Program-made: the position numbers and the translations under genes
Assembly: GCA_034780895.1 (NCBI GenBank)
Contig: JAUZTB010000011.1
Location: 50,021,798 to 50,085,797 of the forward strand
Length of the DNA stretch: 64,000 nt
Source: Rhynchobatus australiae
Taxonomy: Eukaryota
Reading direction: 5' to 3'
Shown here: in pieces, positions 38,801-51,330 of the stretch
How the letters are laid out: the number at the start of each line of letters is the position of its first letter
How positions within the stretch are numbered: the stretch's first letter is position 1
The notes under the pieces: model-generated
What the model saw: only the letters and a program-made list of their open reading frames with translations
Database searches by the model: none
Told to the model about the DNA's origin: nothing

Positions 38801-40865
38801 TGTAAAAAGAAACTGCGATCTTTAGGTTTTCATTGAGGTCCATGGCTTTGTATTCTAAAGCATTTTTAAAAGTACTGACTTAAATGAATAAAAGTATCTG
38901 ACAAATAGTACATTTTCACTGTTTAAAAATGCCAATTGTTACTGTATTATTGTATGCTTTAAAACATCAGAATTTATTGTACTTAAACTTTCTGAATTAA
39001 CAGCATCACTTATTATATCTGCACTGGTCTGGTAAACACTTGAGAACATGCAATGATGCTGTGTTTTAATCCCTCAAGCAGTGAAACCCTCACCTGCATG
39101 CACATAGTGCTGATCTTTGCATTCTCCCATGATAGTGTCCTGCTTTGCATTGGAAACTTCACAGCCACAGATAATTTAATCACCCAACCTTGAATAAACC
39201 AGAATTAAGAATAAAACTAATTTCTGATGTTGCCTTAAGTTTTTGGTCCTTTATGGGATATGTCTGAAGCATACTTGGGTACCTATTGGGATACTTGAGC
39301 AGCATGTTTGATACAGTCCTGATTTCGGAATATCACACTTGGGTCCTTGATGGCCAGTCATGTGATTGTCACAACAGCAATTCAAAAGTATGTGGCCCAA
39401 GAGGAGGGCAATCATGCTTTCTGCACCAAATATCAAGGGAACACTAAGGGGGGTGGGGGGTGGAAAACAGCAAGATTTGAGAAATATAGGNNNNNNNNNN
39501 NNNNNNNNNNNNNNNNNNNNNNNNNNNNNNNNNNNNNNNNNNNNNNNNNNNNNNNNNNNNNNNNNNNNNNNNNNNNNNNNNNNNNNNNNNNNNNNNNNNN
39601 NNNNNNNNNNNNNGCATCTTGATACCAATCACAAGTCGTAGAATAATTCTTTCTAATGCACCAGTGGGTGGTGCAGACAGGTGATGGATGCAGCTGATAA
39701 AGTTTGAAGACTCTAGTCTGACCTGTTGTTTGTGAGTTCTTCTGGTCTGGCTCACCCAAATGGACAATGCATTTTAATCATCCAGTCTTGCATCTCTGCC
39801 TCCTCAACCTCCCCAATCTAGATCCCTCATCAGTCCACGCTGCACTCATAACTTCTCTACCTTCATTCCAAATTTCATTTCCTTCTGCCACTCCCCTTTC
39901 ACTCAGCTCACTTCTGTGTTCCTTATCATTCAACTACCATTTCTCTTCCTTCCACTACTGTCTACTAGGACCATTGATTCCTCTCACCCTTACTGCAAGC
40001 CACTCCTACTCTTTCTCCGACTGGTTTTGCTCCCCTTGCCTCATCACCTCTCAAATCTTCATACCCAACTTCCCACGCCCCCTGTTATTTTTAACATTTC
40101 CCTTCCAATTCTGCACTCCCTATTTCCTATTCCTTTGTCAGTGATCTGAATCTTCCCCCATCGTCCATTCCCACCCCCACTTCCTGGATAATTTTCCTCC
40201 ATAATTAAATTGTGATTCAAGTTGTAACGTGTAATTAGCTGCCATATTTTAGCAATCTATGTAACTTTCCTCTGCTTGGTATTTATTAGTATACCATTTT
40301 ACAACTTGAGCTAAACTATCCAAAACTGAAACACAATTCAACATGTTTTTGTTCAAGTCTTTTGCTAATTGATAATGCACTTGGGATATATTTGCCTCTA
40401 CTCGCTGTTTTTGACAAAATAAAATAACGTTAATAAATTTGCTACGGGCCACACAATATTTTTCAATCATTTGGTTTCCATCAGAAGAATGTAATATCAG
40501 GTGGCAAATTTCTCAACTGAATTCGTAAGCTGTTTAGGCTTATTTGATGAAATTGTTTTGCTGATTTTTAAGCTCTACAGCACTCATTTGATTTGACTTT
40601 GCAAATATGCTTTTGGCAAGAGGAAAATGTAACCATCACATGGCCCTTTTGGGATTTGTATTCTTGAAGGGTCGATCCTCTTTGCCACAAAGTACATGTT
40701 CATTTCAACTCGTCTATATTTCAAGGTGCCAGTTTTGGTCTGATTCACGGAGAACTGTGGCTTTGTGTTTCCACTGGGAGAAAGTAATCTGTCGTGGTTC
40801 TGAGATGGGAATGTGGCCAGATTGATTATTTTGCCTGACTCTCTTTTTCTGTCTCCCCATTATAG

Positions 40866-40984
40866 TCACATTGAACAGACGACAACATGGCAGGACCCAA
40901 GGAAACCAATGTCTGTGATAAATTCAGCTACTTCCGCGAGTCCAGTGTCCATACAGCAGAATGTGATGAATACCACAGCTTCGG
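40866..40984 (+). CDS. YAP1: YAP1 internal coding exon (equivalent to human exon 3): C-terminal part of WW1 and the WW1-WW2 linker
   Basis: Polypyrimidine tract then tatag|T CAC ATT GAA... Translates HIEQTTTWQDPRKPMSVINSATSASPVSIQQNVMNTTAS(G) and ends TCG G|gtaagt. 119 nt. Its phase joins correctly to the next exon (G+GC = Gly). Confidence 0.96.
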
Positions 40985-42894
40985 GTAAGTCAAGGCAATG
41001 CTGACAAGTAGGGAAGGTGGAGATAAGGAAGAAAACGAGGGGAGGTGGGGAAGAGAGAGAATTATAATACTTATTAGCCTAGTTTCTAGTATCTTATTCC
41101 AAATATTACTTCTACTGTAAACTTCCATCACAGGCAAACTTGTAAAGCATAAAGTTGTCAATCTATAATTCCTACTTTACTATTTGATAATCTCAAATGC
41201 CAAAAGAGCTTGTTTTTATTTTGCCCACTTGATCTCCTCCCAGAATAAATCAAAATCTATAGAATTAAAGTTTGGCTGTAGTGCAAGGAGGATGTTGTTA
41301 AGTTAGTGCCACTAGTATTTGCCGTAATTGTTTGTGTTCAAAAAGGTCATGCAATATCTGTTTGAATAGTGCCCCAATAAGCAGTAAAACTATTTCTGTC
41401 ATTCAGCATATTGATTGTGTCAAGAGAGATATTATTGCTGGGTAGCTGTGAGTGGAGTTTGACCTACTAAATATCACTTGAGTGTATTGATGGAACAACT
41501 TTTGTTTATAGGTGCACATGTTTACTGCAAAATTTTGTTGATATAAATTCCGCAGCAGGGTGTATTGACAAGTATGAATTTTTACCTGAGAAAGCAGCAC
41601 ATCCAATGGCTTCATAACATTTCATGGACTTGATTTTTGAATATTGTATTAACTCACTTTCTTGCATTTAGTTGCAAAACAACTTGATTTTCAACATTGC
41701 ACAGGCCTCTGTACTGGGATTTCTTCTGTTCATTGTGTACAACAGTGATTTAAATGTATAGCTAGTTGGAGTGATTGTCAGTTAGTTATCAAGATTTCTG
41801 CATTTTTGACCAAGTATGTGAGATTCTGAGAGTTATAGGGAAGTGCAGGGCAACATTGGCAAAGTGTAATGGGTGAAAATAGTAGCAAATGGAATTCTGC
41901 ATTGGAAGTATATATTAGTATTTCAGGGGAAGCTGAGTGTTTTGAAAATTTAAGGAGATGGGTTCACAAGATATTAATGCCAGCTCTGTATGGATAACTC
42001 CATTTGCTTTAAAAGGTCCTGGCATTGTTTTTTGAGGAGCTGTAGAAAAGAAGAACCAGAATGCTTCCTGGTAGGAAGAAATCCAGAGAAGGTTACTTCA
42101 GTCTAGTTTTGTTGGAATGCAGCAGATTGTGGTAATTTCAGATGTATTTAAGATTTAATAAGGAATAAAACATTTGGAGCCAGACTCATTTCAGTGATCC
42201 AGAAAACAGATGTAAAATTAAATTTAATAAAATAATTTATTATAAGTTAAGGAGCAAGATGAAACTCTTAATCCAGAATTGTTTTTGTACGGTAGTTTAA
42301 TACTGCTAGCTTGGTGTTTGAAAGGGAGTCTGTGCCAGTGTTTAAGATTAAGTCATATAGGTGATTGAAATAATGAGGAGGAAAGGCGATGGGAATCGGA
42401 GAGGCACAGAGTGAGAACTGATTGTGGCAGATAAACATCAATATGGACTGAGTGAGTTGAGCGATTGCAATTCCACAAGTATTTCATTCAACCTAAAAGT
42501 TAAGATCACGGTAATGTTGAATTTTGGTGCCTACCAATGCAAGATTGTGAAGAAGCTTGTTTACATTTTGTTTACAGGCTGAGTGATTGCCATTCACATT
42601 GAAGAGTCGTTTTGTTTTAAGTTGATCCTGCATCATGTTTTTATCATGTTCAAACTTGTGCACTGCCAGGTGCCAAATTTGCTCAGAATGATCTGTTTGA
42701 ATTAATGTATTCAGGCAAACTTATTTAATTATCTGATGCTTATTGGCTTAAATTCTATATGCACTTCAATTTTTTTTCAGTTCACTGAATCTCATTTACC
42801 CAAAAGTTTATTAATTTGTTAGCAGCAACCATCACCAAGGCAGCTAATCAAATCCTAAAGCTATCTTGGTGTTCGAACACTTGTTTCGATTCAT

Positions 42895-43120
42895 CATCTA
42901 CAGTAGCTTGACAGTTAGTGTGAAGCTCTTGCAGCGCCAGTGACCATGGTTCAATTCCTGTAGCTGTCTGTGAGGAGTTTCTCCCCATGTCTGCATGGGT
43001 TTCTTCTGGTGCTCCTTTTTCCTCCCACATTCCAAAGATGTACATATAATGTTAACATGGGTTTAAATGGGTGGCATGGATTCATTGAGCTATAAGGGTC
43101 TGTTACCGTGCCGTATAAAT
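42895..43120 (+). mobile_element. V-SINE (HE1-like, tRNA-derived)
   Basis: B-box-like ggttcaattcc followed by the V domain tctccccatgtctgcatgggtttcttctggtgctcc...ttcctcccacattccaaaga. Confidence 0.85.
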
Positions 43121-43649
43121 AGTTTTAAAGAATTGTATACAGTACATCTTAATGATAGTAGAAATTCAATCCCAGGTTGCTTTTAAAAGGAAAGATATGC
43201 AGTTTAAAAAAAAGATTTAACTTGGAGTAAACAAAAGTTGTGATCATTTCTGGTACTCTTAATGTCACATGGAAAATTAACCCCTCACTTTGTTGGAGAA
43301 ATACGGGTTTGCCTTGAAATTCATCACAGCAATATCATCAATAGCAATAATCACATCAGCAATACAACAGCTGCTTTTTCAGTAGTCCAGTGTTATTTCT
43401 AAATTTATTTGGGACGGTGGCAGTCAAGTGAGGCAATACTGTTGCTGTGCTTGGCTGCCTCCAAGATGACTCTGCCTCCATTCCCCAGTATAACCTGTGC
43501 CTATTTGACACGTGCAGGTTGGTGAAGGGTGTGCGTGAATCTTTCGCAGGGGTTGAGACTTTGTTTGTGGAGTGCACTGTTGGCTACAAGCCTCCAGCAG
43601 AATGTCCACAAGGAGAATAACTGGCTCTGGTGAACGGTGAGTGGTTATA

Positions 43650-45960
43650 AAATCTACTCATGTGCTCCACTCTTCAAAATGAAGTTTGGCACCTGGAGTA
43701 TCGGGTCCCTTGTGGACAACCCCAAGAATAACAGAGCTGAATGGTGCACTTCTGGCATAGCTTGGGGGTGTGGTTACTTCAACATTGATGCTGCTGTGCT
43801 GAGTGAAGTGTGACTGATAGGAAATGAGCAGCTTGAGCAGGATGGCAGGTGTGCATTCATCTGGAAGGGCAAACCAGGAAGACACTGATCTTATAGGGCT
43901 GATTTTTGCCATTAAGGTGGCAATGGTATAAACGATGCCTCATGACTTTGTGTCATCAGAAGCAGTACCATAAGAAAATTGATATCAAGCTGTTCAGAGA
44001 CTTGGAAAAATGAGATCTGCTTGGTCAGTACCTCACAGCCAAATTAATAGCTCCAAAACAGTGGAGTGCTCAGAGGGTCTGGTGTACCCAGGTCCACCAC
44101 CATCAGCACTAGTGATGAGACTGGTTTCTCTACCAGAAATTGCCAAGATCAGTTAGATAAGAATGGCCAGGAGCAAATAAATCGTAAGAGCAAGGCGTTC
44201 TTCGGATGAAAACAAGAAGATTACTTGAGGGTAAAGTAGCAGGTCTGTGGACATCAGATGACCATGGTCCATCAAAGTGCTCATAATGTTTTAAAAACAA
44301 AACAGATGGTGGGTGTAAAGACTGCAGGAGGTCCAGCTGCTAGCCAATGATGATGGGTCATATATAGTCTCAACAGCTGAAAAATCCAAGAACCCACCCT
44401 ACTGAAAGTTAAGAAGTGTTTGAGAACCAAGGCAGAAACTTCCTGATGGAAGGAGCATTTTGAAGGTTTTTCAAGTTCTTGATTCAATCTCTCAGTATAT
44501 AGTCTTTTACTGTCTTGACATTATTCCAAAGTGAAAAGCAATTGGAAGAGGCATCCCAACAACTGAAAAAATGATCTCTGAAGCAGGCAAAGGCCCGCTG
44601 AAGTGAAACACAGTGGAAAAGAAATTCTGACGAATTCATGACTTTATATCCCTTCCGTGGGGGAGTAAGGATACCATGGATCTCAGCAATGCAATTGTCT
44701 TTTACCTGTTTTGTTGTAATTGCAGAGAGGTCTTCCTATTGATTACCTTAGGGGAAATCATAGTAAGAGTCCTCAACTGTCTCCTCCTCTGGCTGAAGGG
44801 CTCCTCCCCAAGTCACTGTGTCAATTATGTTTAAAAGCAACAAAATTGACATGATCTTCTCTGTTGCTATAGGGCAAAGGAAAATGTGGGGATCCACTGC
44901 AGCAGGCTTCCATTGATCTTACAAAAAAAAACTCCATTAACTTGGAGGGATTGTAGAGTATATTTCTCAAACTTGTCATTGTCATAGTGATCGATAATGA
45001 TATCAAAGCTGTGATTGATGCAATCCCAGGGCAGTCTGGAGTTGTGCAAGGCTACGTCAGTGCAACAACTCCCTTAATCTTCCTTGCTGCCTCTTACAAG
45101 GGTCCTGCTGTAATGAAGTTGATTACAGGATGATTGGGGAAACAGTTCAGCCTTTGTGACCTCCATCCAGAACTATGGTCACTCTAGCCTCTGAAATTGA
45201 GTTACAGTATGCACGTACTTATAATTGTACATATTCAAAGGCTAAGCTCCAAATCATTGATTCCTTCATTAAAGTGTGCAAGAGGATAGGCTCACACTAA
45301 ACATCTGGAGGACAAAGGTCTTTTGACAAACTGCTCCTGCTGTCCTGCACCATTCTCCAACAATCAAGATCCATGACAAGACCCTGGAAGATGTGGAGCA
45401 CCTTGGGAGCCACCTCTCAGCAAAGGCTGACTATGAGGAAACTTGCCACTGCCTCCAGTGCATCAACACAGCCTTGGTGTGCCCATGAGAGAGAGAGTGT
45501 GTGAAGATCAAGATTTCAAACTGAGCAGCAATGATCTCCACCCACCTGGGCAGCCTACATTACATACCTCAAAGCAATGGATAGGGGCCACCATGCAAAA
45601 TCATCCTAGCCCACTGGCAGGATAGACAAACCAATTGTCAACATCTTCTCTAAGAACAACCTGTGTAATGTACTGGCCCTGATCAAGGTTAACCAGGTCC
45701 ATTGGGCAGGTCGCTTCATCTGTGTGCTTGAAACCAGGCTCGGGTCACAGCAATCAAATTCCAGGAGGATGGAGAAAACACTTGAGGATCTTCTCAAAGT
45801 ATCCTTTCAAAAAAAATGTCCTCACCATCTCATGGGAATGTATGGAGTTTTTTTTTGGACTCTCGTTTAATGCATGGGCAAACAACAGAAGCAGTGCATT
45901 GTAACTAAAACAATCTAGCCACCAACTCCCATCACTCTTCACCTACCAATTCAGTCTGCA
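43650..45960 (+). mobile_element. Heavily decayed RTE-type LINE
   Basis: aacattgatgctgctgtgctgagtgaa (NIDAAVLSE) and ttcatctggaagggcaaacca (FIWKGKP) match the RTE endonuclease. The 3' part has cattgggcaggtcgc, corresponding to RWAGH. Confidence 0.7.
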
Positions 45961-46255
45961 GATCCCAAATGAAATTTCCTGGTCATCTGGGAACTCAAAG
46001 CTTTAGTGAAAGCAAGTCATTCTTGACCCAGAGGAGAAGGTCAAAAAGTTGACAATCCTTTTTTATTAAAAAAAAACAATGGTCATTGGTTACTCACAGA
46101 AGTGAAGCTTGCATTGATGCAATTTCCCAGAGCCACGTTGTTTAAAGGGCAATCGTACTCGATATAATATTCTTTGCCAGGCCATTCCCTAACAGTGTTA
46201 CTTCACTGTTTACTTAGACAAGCAAGCCTCATTCTACAGTCTGCATACACTTAAT

Positions 46256-47090
46256 TTGGCTCAACATGTCTTTACTCCTGATTCCAGTGCATTCCTCTTG
46301 CTGGATAACATGGAAGCAGAGCATGGGTGTCAGAGGTGCCATGAAGAACATGGAGACCATATGAGAGGATTGAGATATCCACCCAGAATCTACACACCTA
46401 AGGTCACATTTCTGCTTGTGAACAATGTCTGTGCTGGCTGAACTTCAACAAAGTGGGACTCGCTGAGATCTGTGATCCCCAGTCACCTGAAATATAAATT
46501 TCCCCCCATGTGCCTGGACTGTTCTCAGAGATGTTTGAACTTACCATCACTCAGCTTTCTGGCCTTAAGATCATTCCTGCAGATTTGTGCCACATCTCAG
46601 TCTGCTGCTGCAAGAGGGAGGTTGCCCAAGCTCTGGAATTGGAGGGATGGCTTCATCAACGTTTCCTTCAGGCCAGATGAGGAGGTAGAGTGGGCATGAG
46701 GATTTGTTCGCATTGCAGACACCACAGCTGACGAAGGTGTAGAAGTTTCAGACCGAGCAGAGAAACACAGTAACTTCCTCCTAAGTGTGTCTGTTCGGAG
46801 CCCTTGAGGGTCTCCGTGAACCCCATAGAATATAATGTTTGTTTCCTGCTGGTTATCTGTTCCAATTCCTTTTCTGTGAATCTTGGAGAATACTCCCATC
46901 TCTTACAATTGCTGCATCCATTCAGTACCCTTCTGTACAAGTTGCAGCAGTGGTGGTGTCTTTTTTTTAAGGGATAGCTCCTGAGTTCACAGCTAAAAGG
47001 CTGTGCCAGCAGCCTTGTGATACTGAAACACTTCTGTTTGTTGTTACATGCTGAAGTTGAATTGGCTCTCCATTGCACCAGAGTGTGACA
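46256..47090. mobile_element. PIF/Harbinger DNA transposon remnant (transposase on +, Myb/SANT-like ORF on -)
   Basis: Plus strand, frameshifted: YPPRIYTPKVTFL / EQCLCWLNFNKVGLAEICD / LSFLALRSF..SQSAA (HARBI1-like N-terminus). Minus strand: SPRFTEKELE...SARS...W.QC (NAIF1/MSANTD-like). Confidence 0.65.
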
Positions 47091-49029
47091 ATTCTAAGTA
47101 ATAATTCACATTCCTCAGGGTATTATTTTGAAACAGTGTTAGAACACCACACAATGTTGTTTTAGTGCACCTTAAAAGTAGCAAAAGATTTTAGGCCAAT
47201 ATTTTGAAATACAAGTATAACATTTTAGCAGCAAATATATGAAAAAAAATTACTGAATTTCCCCTGAACTTACAAATGTCTCATCACATGAGAATTTGAC
47301 TTCCTTGGTCAAATAGTGTTATGGCTAAATCACTTATGATGCGTGTTAGTCACATGCTGAGGTGTTTCTAGATAGAGGGAATTTGTTGTATGGCAACCAC
47401 TTTTGGGTTCTTCCTTTGCCTCTCCCTTAAACTTTTTTTTTAAATTCCTCCCTTTCCTATACTTCGGGACAGTTGATAATTGTCAATTACCATTTCAAAT
47501 GCTGGAGAGTATGGGTGTGTGCTTGGATGGACATGGTCCAAAAAAAAACAAACCTGCCAAAAAGGATACGTGAATTCCAAATGTTTTGTTGGATTCTCCT
47601 GTCACGTGGTGCCCTTGATACCATCTGTATCAATGTCAGTTTATCTCAGCTTGCAATAAACTTTTTAGCAATTTAAGTACTTTGCAAATGTGTTCAGGGG
47701 CTCTCAATAATGGCTTATGTAGATAACAATTAAATCAAACAAGGCTTTTCCTTTTTTCCCTCCAAGCTTCAGTGAAAAGGCAGAATCCAAAGTGCAAGTG
47801 CCAATAATAATAAAGGGACGTGATGCAGAGTGGAGGGTGAGGCAGTAGTGGAAATTAGAGCAACTTTGGGTTCTAAGTTTCTATTTAATGGAAAATAACA
47901 AGCACAAGAACACAGTTTGTAAATATACAGCTCAGTACAGAAACACAAAACATGAATTCACGGATTTGGCTTTGCTTGCTGGAGGCAGGCAATTCTGTTG
48001 TATGGGTGGAGCCCTGTTCACATTAATGTCATGATATACACATTGTGCCATCTACAGGCATACATACAGAATTTCAAGTGCACTGGTATCTTTGCACACT
48101 TTGCATGTAAACAAAGGTCCCTGATGGCCACTAGCTCCTTCCCGTAAACCACCCTATTATGCAGATAACAATGGAAGAGTACATTTTTTAAAATAGAATT
48201 TTGAAATAATGATAAAATGATAATTAATTCATTTAAATGTTTTAGGTTCTGGCTGGATAAAGAGTAATTGTGGCTTCTTGAATCATTAAAAATTCAAGAA
48301 ATGGAAATACTACATTCAGGTTATTTTAGATTGAGGATAGTTTGCAACTGCATGAAGCTTTCATTGGTTGTCTGACTTATGATGTTGAAACAGTGCATCC
48401 TGTACAGAAGCAGAAAATTACTGGCAGAAACTCCTGTATTTCTGCATTTGTATAGTGCAGAAGTTGTTGTTGGATTCATCATTAACTTCAAGCTTATTCC
48501 AGGCCTTGGTCTGCAAGAATGACTGATGGAGGATGGAAAGCATGCCACTCTTCAAATCAGTATATCACTCAACTGGTATGCCGTAGTCCAGCTTTCCTTC
48601 CTGACTACTCCATGACCTGTTTCCGTGATGTGGAGATGTGACTCAAGTTAGTGAGAAGCTGAGTGGGAAAGGGAGCCCCATGGAGTCAAATTTAAAACCA
48701 AAGAGTGTTTTGGGATACATAGCTTGTGTCAGGTTTTAAAAAAAAATATAGACATGTGAACATCCATACATTTTAATTGGAACTTCACATCTGCTTTTCT
48801 AGTTTCCTAGTTGGCTCTCTTCTGTTTTGAGTTATTTCCTGCCTCACCTTTGAGAGGAAAACCATGGTAGTGTAGCAATTAAGGATCCTAACTATCTCCT
48901 CACAAAACTAGCGGTATCCTGAAGGTGAAACATTTGAAATTATCTTTATGCAGCTTTGATTTGAATCTACTGAAATGCCTGTACCTAGCAAGATTTTCAT
49001 GGCTTTTTTTCTCTCCTGTCCTCTCTCAC

Positions 49030-51330
49030 ACCATAGTCATAGTGTTGTACAGCACAGAAATGGGATCTTCCCTGCCCTTCTTTTCTTTGCCTATCTACAC
49101 TAATCACCTTTGACCACATTGGGACTGTATCCTACTATGCCTTGCCTATTTAAGTGCCTCTCATAATCTATAACATCACATGACACCTCTGCCTCTTTTG
49201 CTCCAAGGGAAACAAAACTAGCCTATCCAACCTCTCCCCATAACAAAAGTCCTTCAATCCAGGCAACAACCTGGTGAATCTCTTCTGCACCATCAATGTA
49301 ATCACATCCTTCCTATAATAGTGACCAGAAATGCACATGACTCCCAAGTATGGTCTAACCAGTGTTTTGTAAAGTTGCAATATATCATCCTAACTTTGTT
49401 TTATGTCTCAGGGTATGAAGGCAATCATGCCATATGCCTCNNNNNNNNNNNNNNNNNNNNNNNNNNNNNNNNNNNNNNNNNNNNNNNNNNNNNNNNNNNN
49501 NNNNNNNNNNNNNNNNNNNNNNNNNNNNNNNNNNNNNNNNNNNNNNNNNNNNNNNNNNNNNNNNNNNNNNNNNNNNNNNNNNNNNNNNNNNNNNNNNNNN
49601 NNNNNNNNNNNNNNNNNNNNNNNNNNNNNNNNNNNNNNNNNNNNTGATTCTTATCATTTTGTTGTCCAAGGTCACACTCAACACCAGCAACTTTTGTGTC
49701 ATCTGCAAACTTGCTAGTCAGACCTCCTAAATAACATCTCCATCATTAACGTGTATCGCAAGCAATTAGGGTTCCAGCACATCCCTGTGCTTCACCACTA
49801 GTCACAACTTTCCATTCAGAAAAGCAGCCTTCCACCACCATGCTCTGCCTCCTATCGCCAAGCCCATTTTGGATCCAATTACCCTTGCATTCCATGTGCC
49901 TTAACCATCTAAACCAGCCTACCATGTAGGATCTTACTCAAATGTACATATGGATGAACATCCACTGCCTTGCCTTCAATCTTCTTAGATACCTCCTCAA
50001 AACAAAAATTCAATTTAGTGAGGCAGGATTTCCCTCAAGGGATAGTCAGCATGACCTTGTTTATCAGCCTCTGTCTTTACAAATATACATAATATCCCCT
50101 AAGGGATAGAATTTATTGGAGAAAACTCTATCACTGATGTAAGGCTCTCTGGCCTTTTTAGTTCCCTGGTTTATTGATGCTTCCCTTCTTAAATATAGGA
50201 TCAACATTAGCCATCCTTAGTCTCTTGGTACTTCACCTGCTGCTAACAGAAAGGCAAAAATCTCCTTCAGGGGTCCAGCTATCTCCTCGCTTCCTACCAC
50301 ATCCTTGGATAGATCTCATCTAGCCTTGGAGATTTATCAACCCTTGAGTGTTCCATTACACCTACTATTTCTTAATATTGATATGCTCCAGATTATCCAC
50401 ATTTGCCACTCTCACTGTTCCCAATATGCATTTCTACTTCCACTTCCACTCCACCACCTGCCCAGTTTCATTTCCTAAGATAAGGTTGAATTCTACCTGG
50501 TCTCTAGTAGGACTATCTATGTATTGTCTTANNNNNNNNNNNNNNNNNNNNNNNNNNNNNNNNNNNNNNNNNNNNNNNNNNNNNNNNNNNNNNNNNNNNN
50601 NNNNNNNNNNNNNNNNNNNNNNNNNNNNNNNGGACTATCTATGTATTGTCTTAAAGAAACACTTAAATTCTGCCCCATCCAAGCCCCTTCCACTAAAGCA
50701 ATTCCATTCAATAATGGGGAAAGTTCATGTATTCAGTTCTCCTATTTCTACCCTCACTGTTTTATGGCACAGGGAGTAATCCCGAGATTATGATCTTCTT
50801 AACCTTTTGCTTAACTCACTTTGCAGGACTTCATCCCTCCTTTCTACCTATTTCTTTAGTACCAAATGTGTACAATGATCTGTGGCTCTTCTCCAATCCC
50901 CTTCAGAATGTTCTGTACCTGATCCAAGTCGTCCCCAACCCTGGCACCAGGGAGGCAACGTGCCTTTCTGGAGTCTTGCTTTTGGCCATAGAACTGCCTG
51001 TCTGTCTCCCTCACTAACAAATTCCCTACACTGCTACTTGTCTTGACATTTCCCTCCCCTGCTATGTGTCAGAGCTGTGGTGCCACTAACTTTGCTACTG
51101 CTGTTTTCCTCTGACAGGCTATTCTTTTCCACCACACACACAATATCTGAGAGGGGAGTGACTATTGGTGATTGCTGTGCCTGGTGGTCACCAATCTCCT
51201 TTATTTCTGTTTATGCAGTGTGATTAACTTAACCAAATATACTATCTGCAACATTTTCTGCATCCTGTATGCTTCATTAGCAAGATTAACTGCAGCTCAA
51301 AGTGCTCTGCACCTGGACATGCTTCCCACA
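49030..51330 (-). mobile_element. CR1-type LINE, internally deleted, with an ORF1 esterase remnant
   Basis: ORF 49168..49380 contains LYKTLVRPYLG...RKDV..VQKRFTRLLPGL...ERLDRL. Near 50940, ccctggcaccagggaggcaac reads (C)LPGAR on the minus strand. Confidence 0.85.

Noticed and set aside
39767-40149. 125-aa Ser/Leu/Phe-rich ORF
   Set aside because: Pyrimidine-rich, stop-poor sequence, probably an ancient L2 remnant.
50510-50653. Direct repeat ggactatctatgtattgtctta around a gap
   Set aside because: Contig-end overlap across a 100-N gap.
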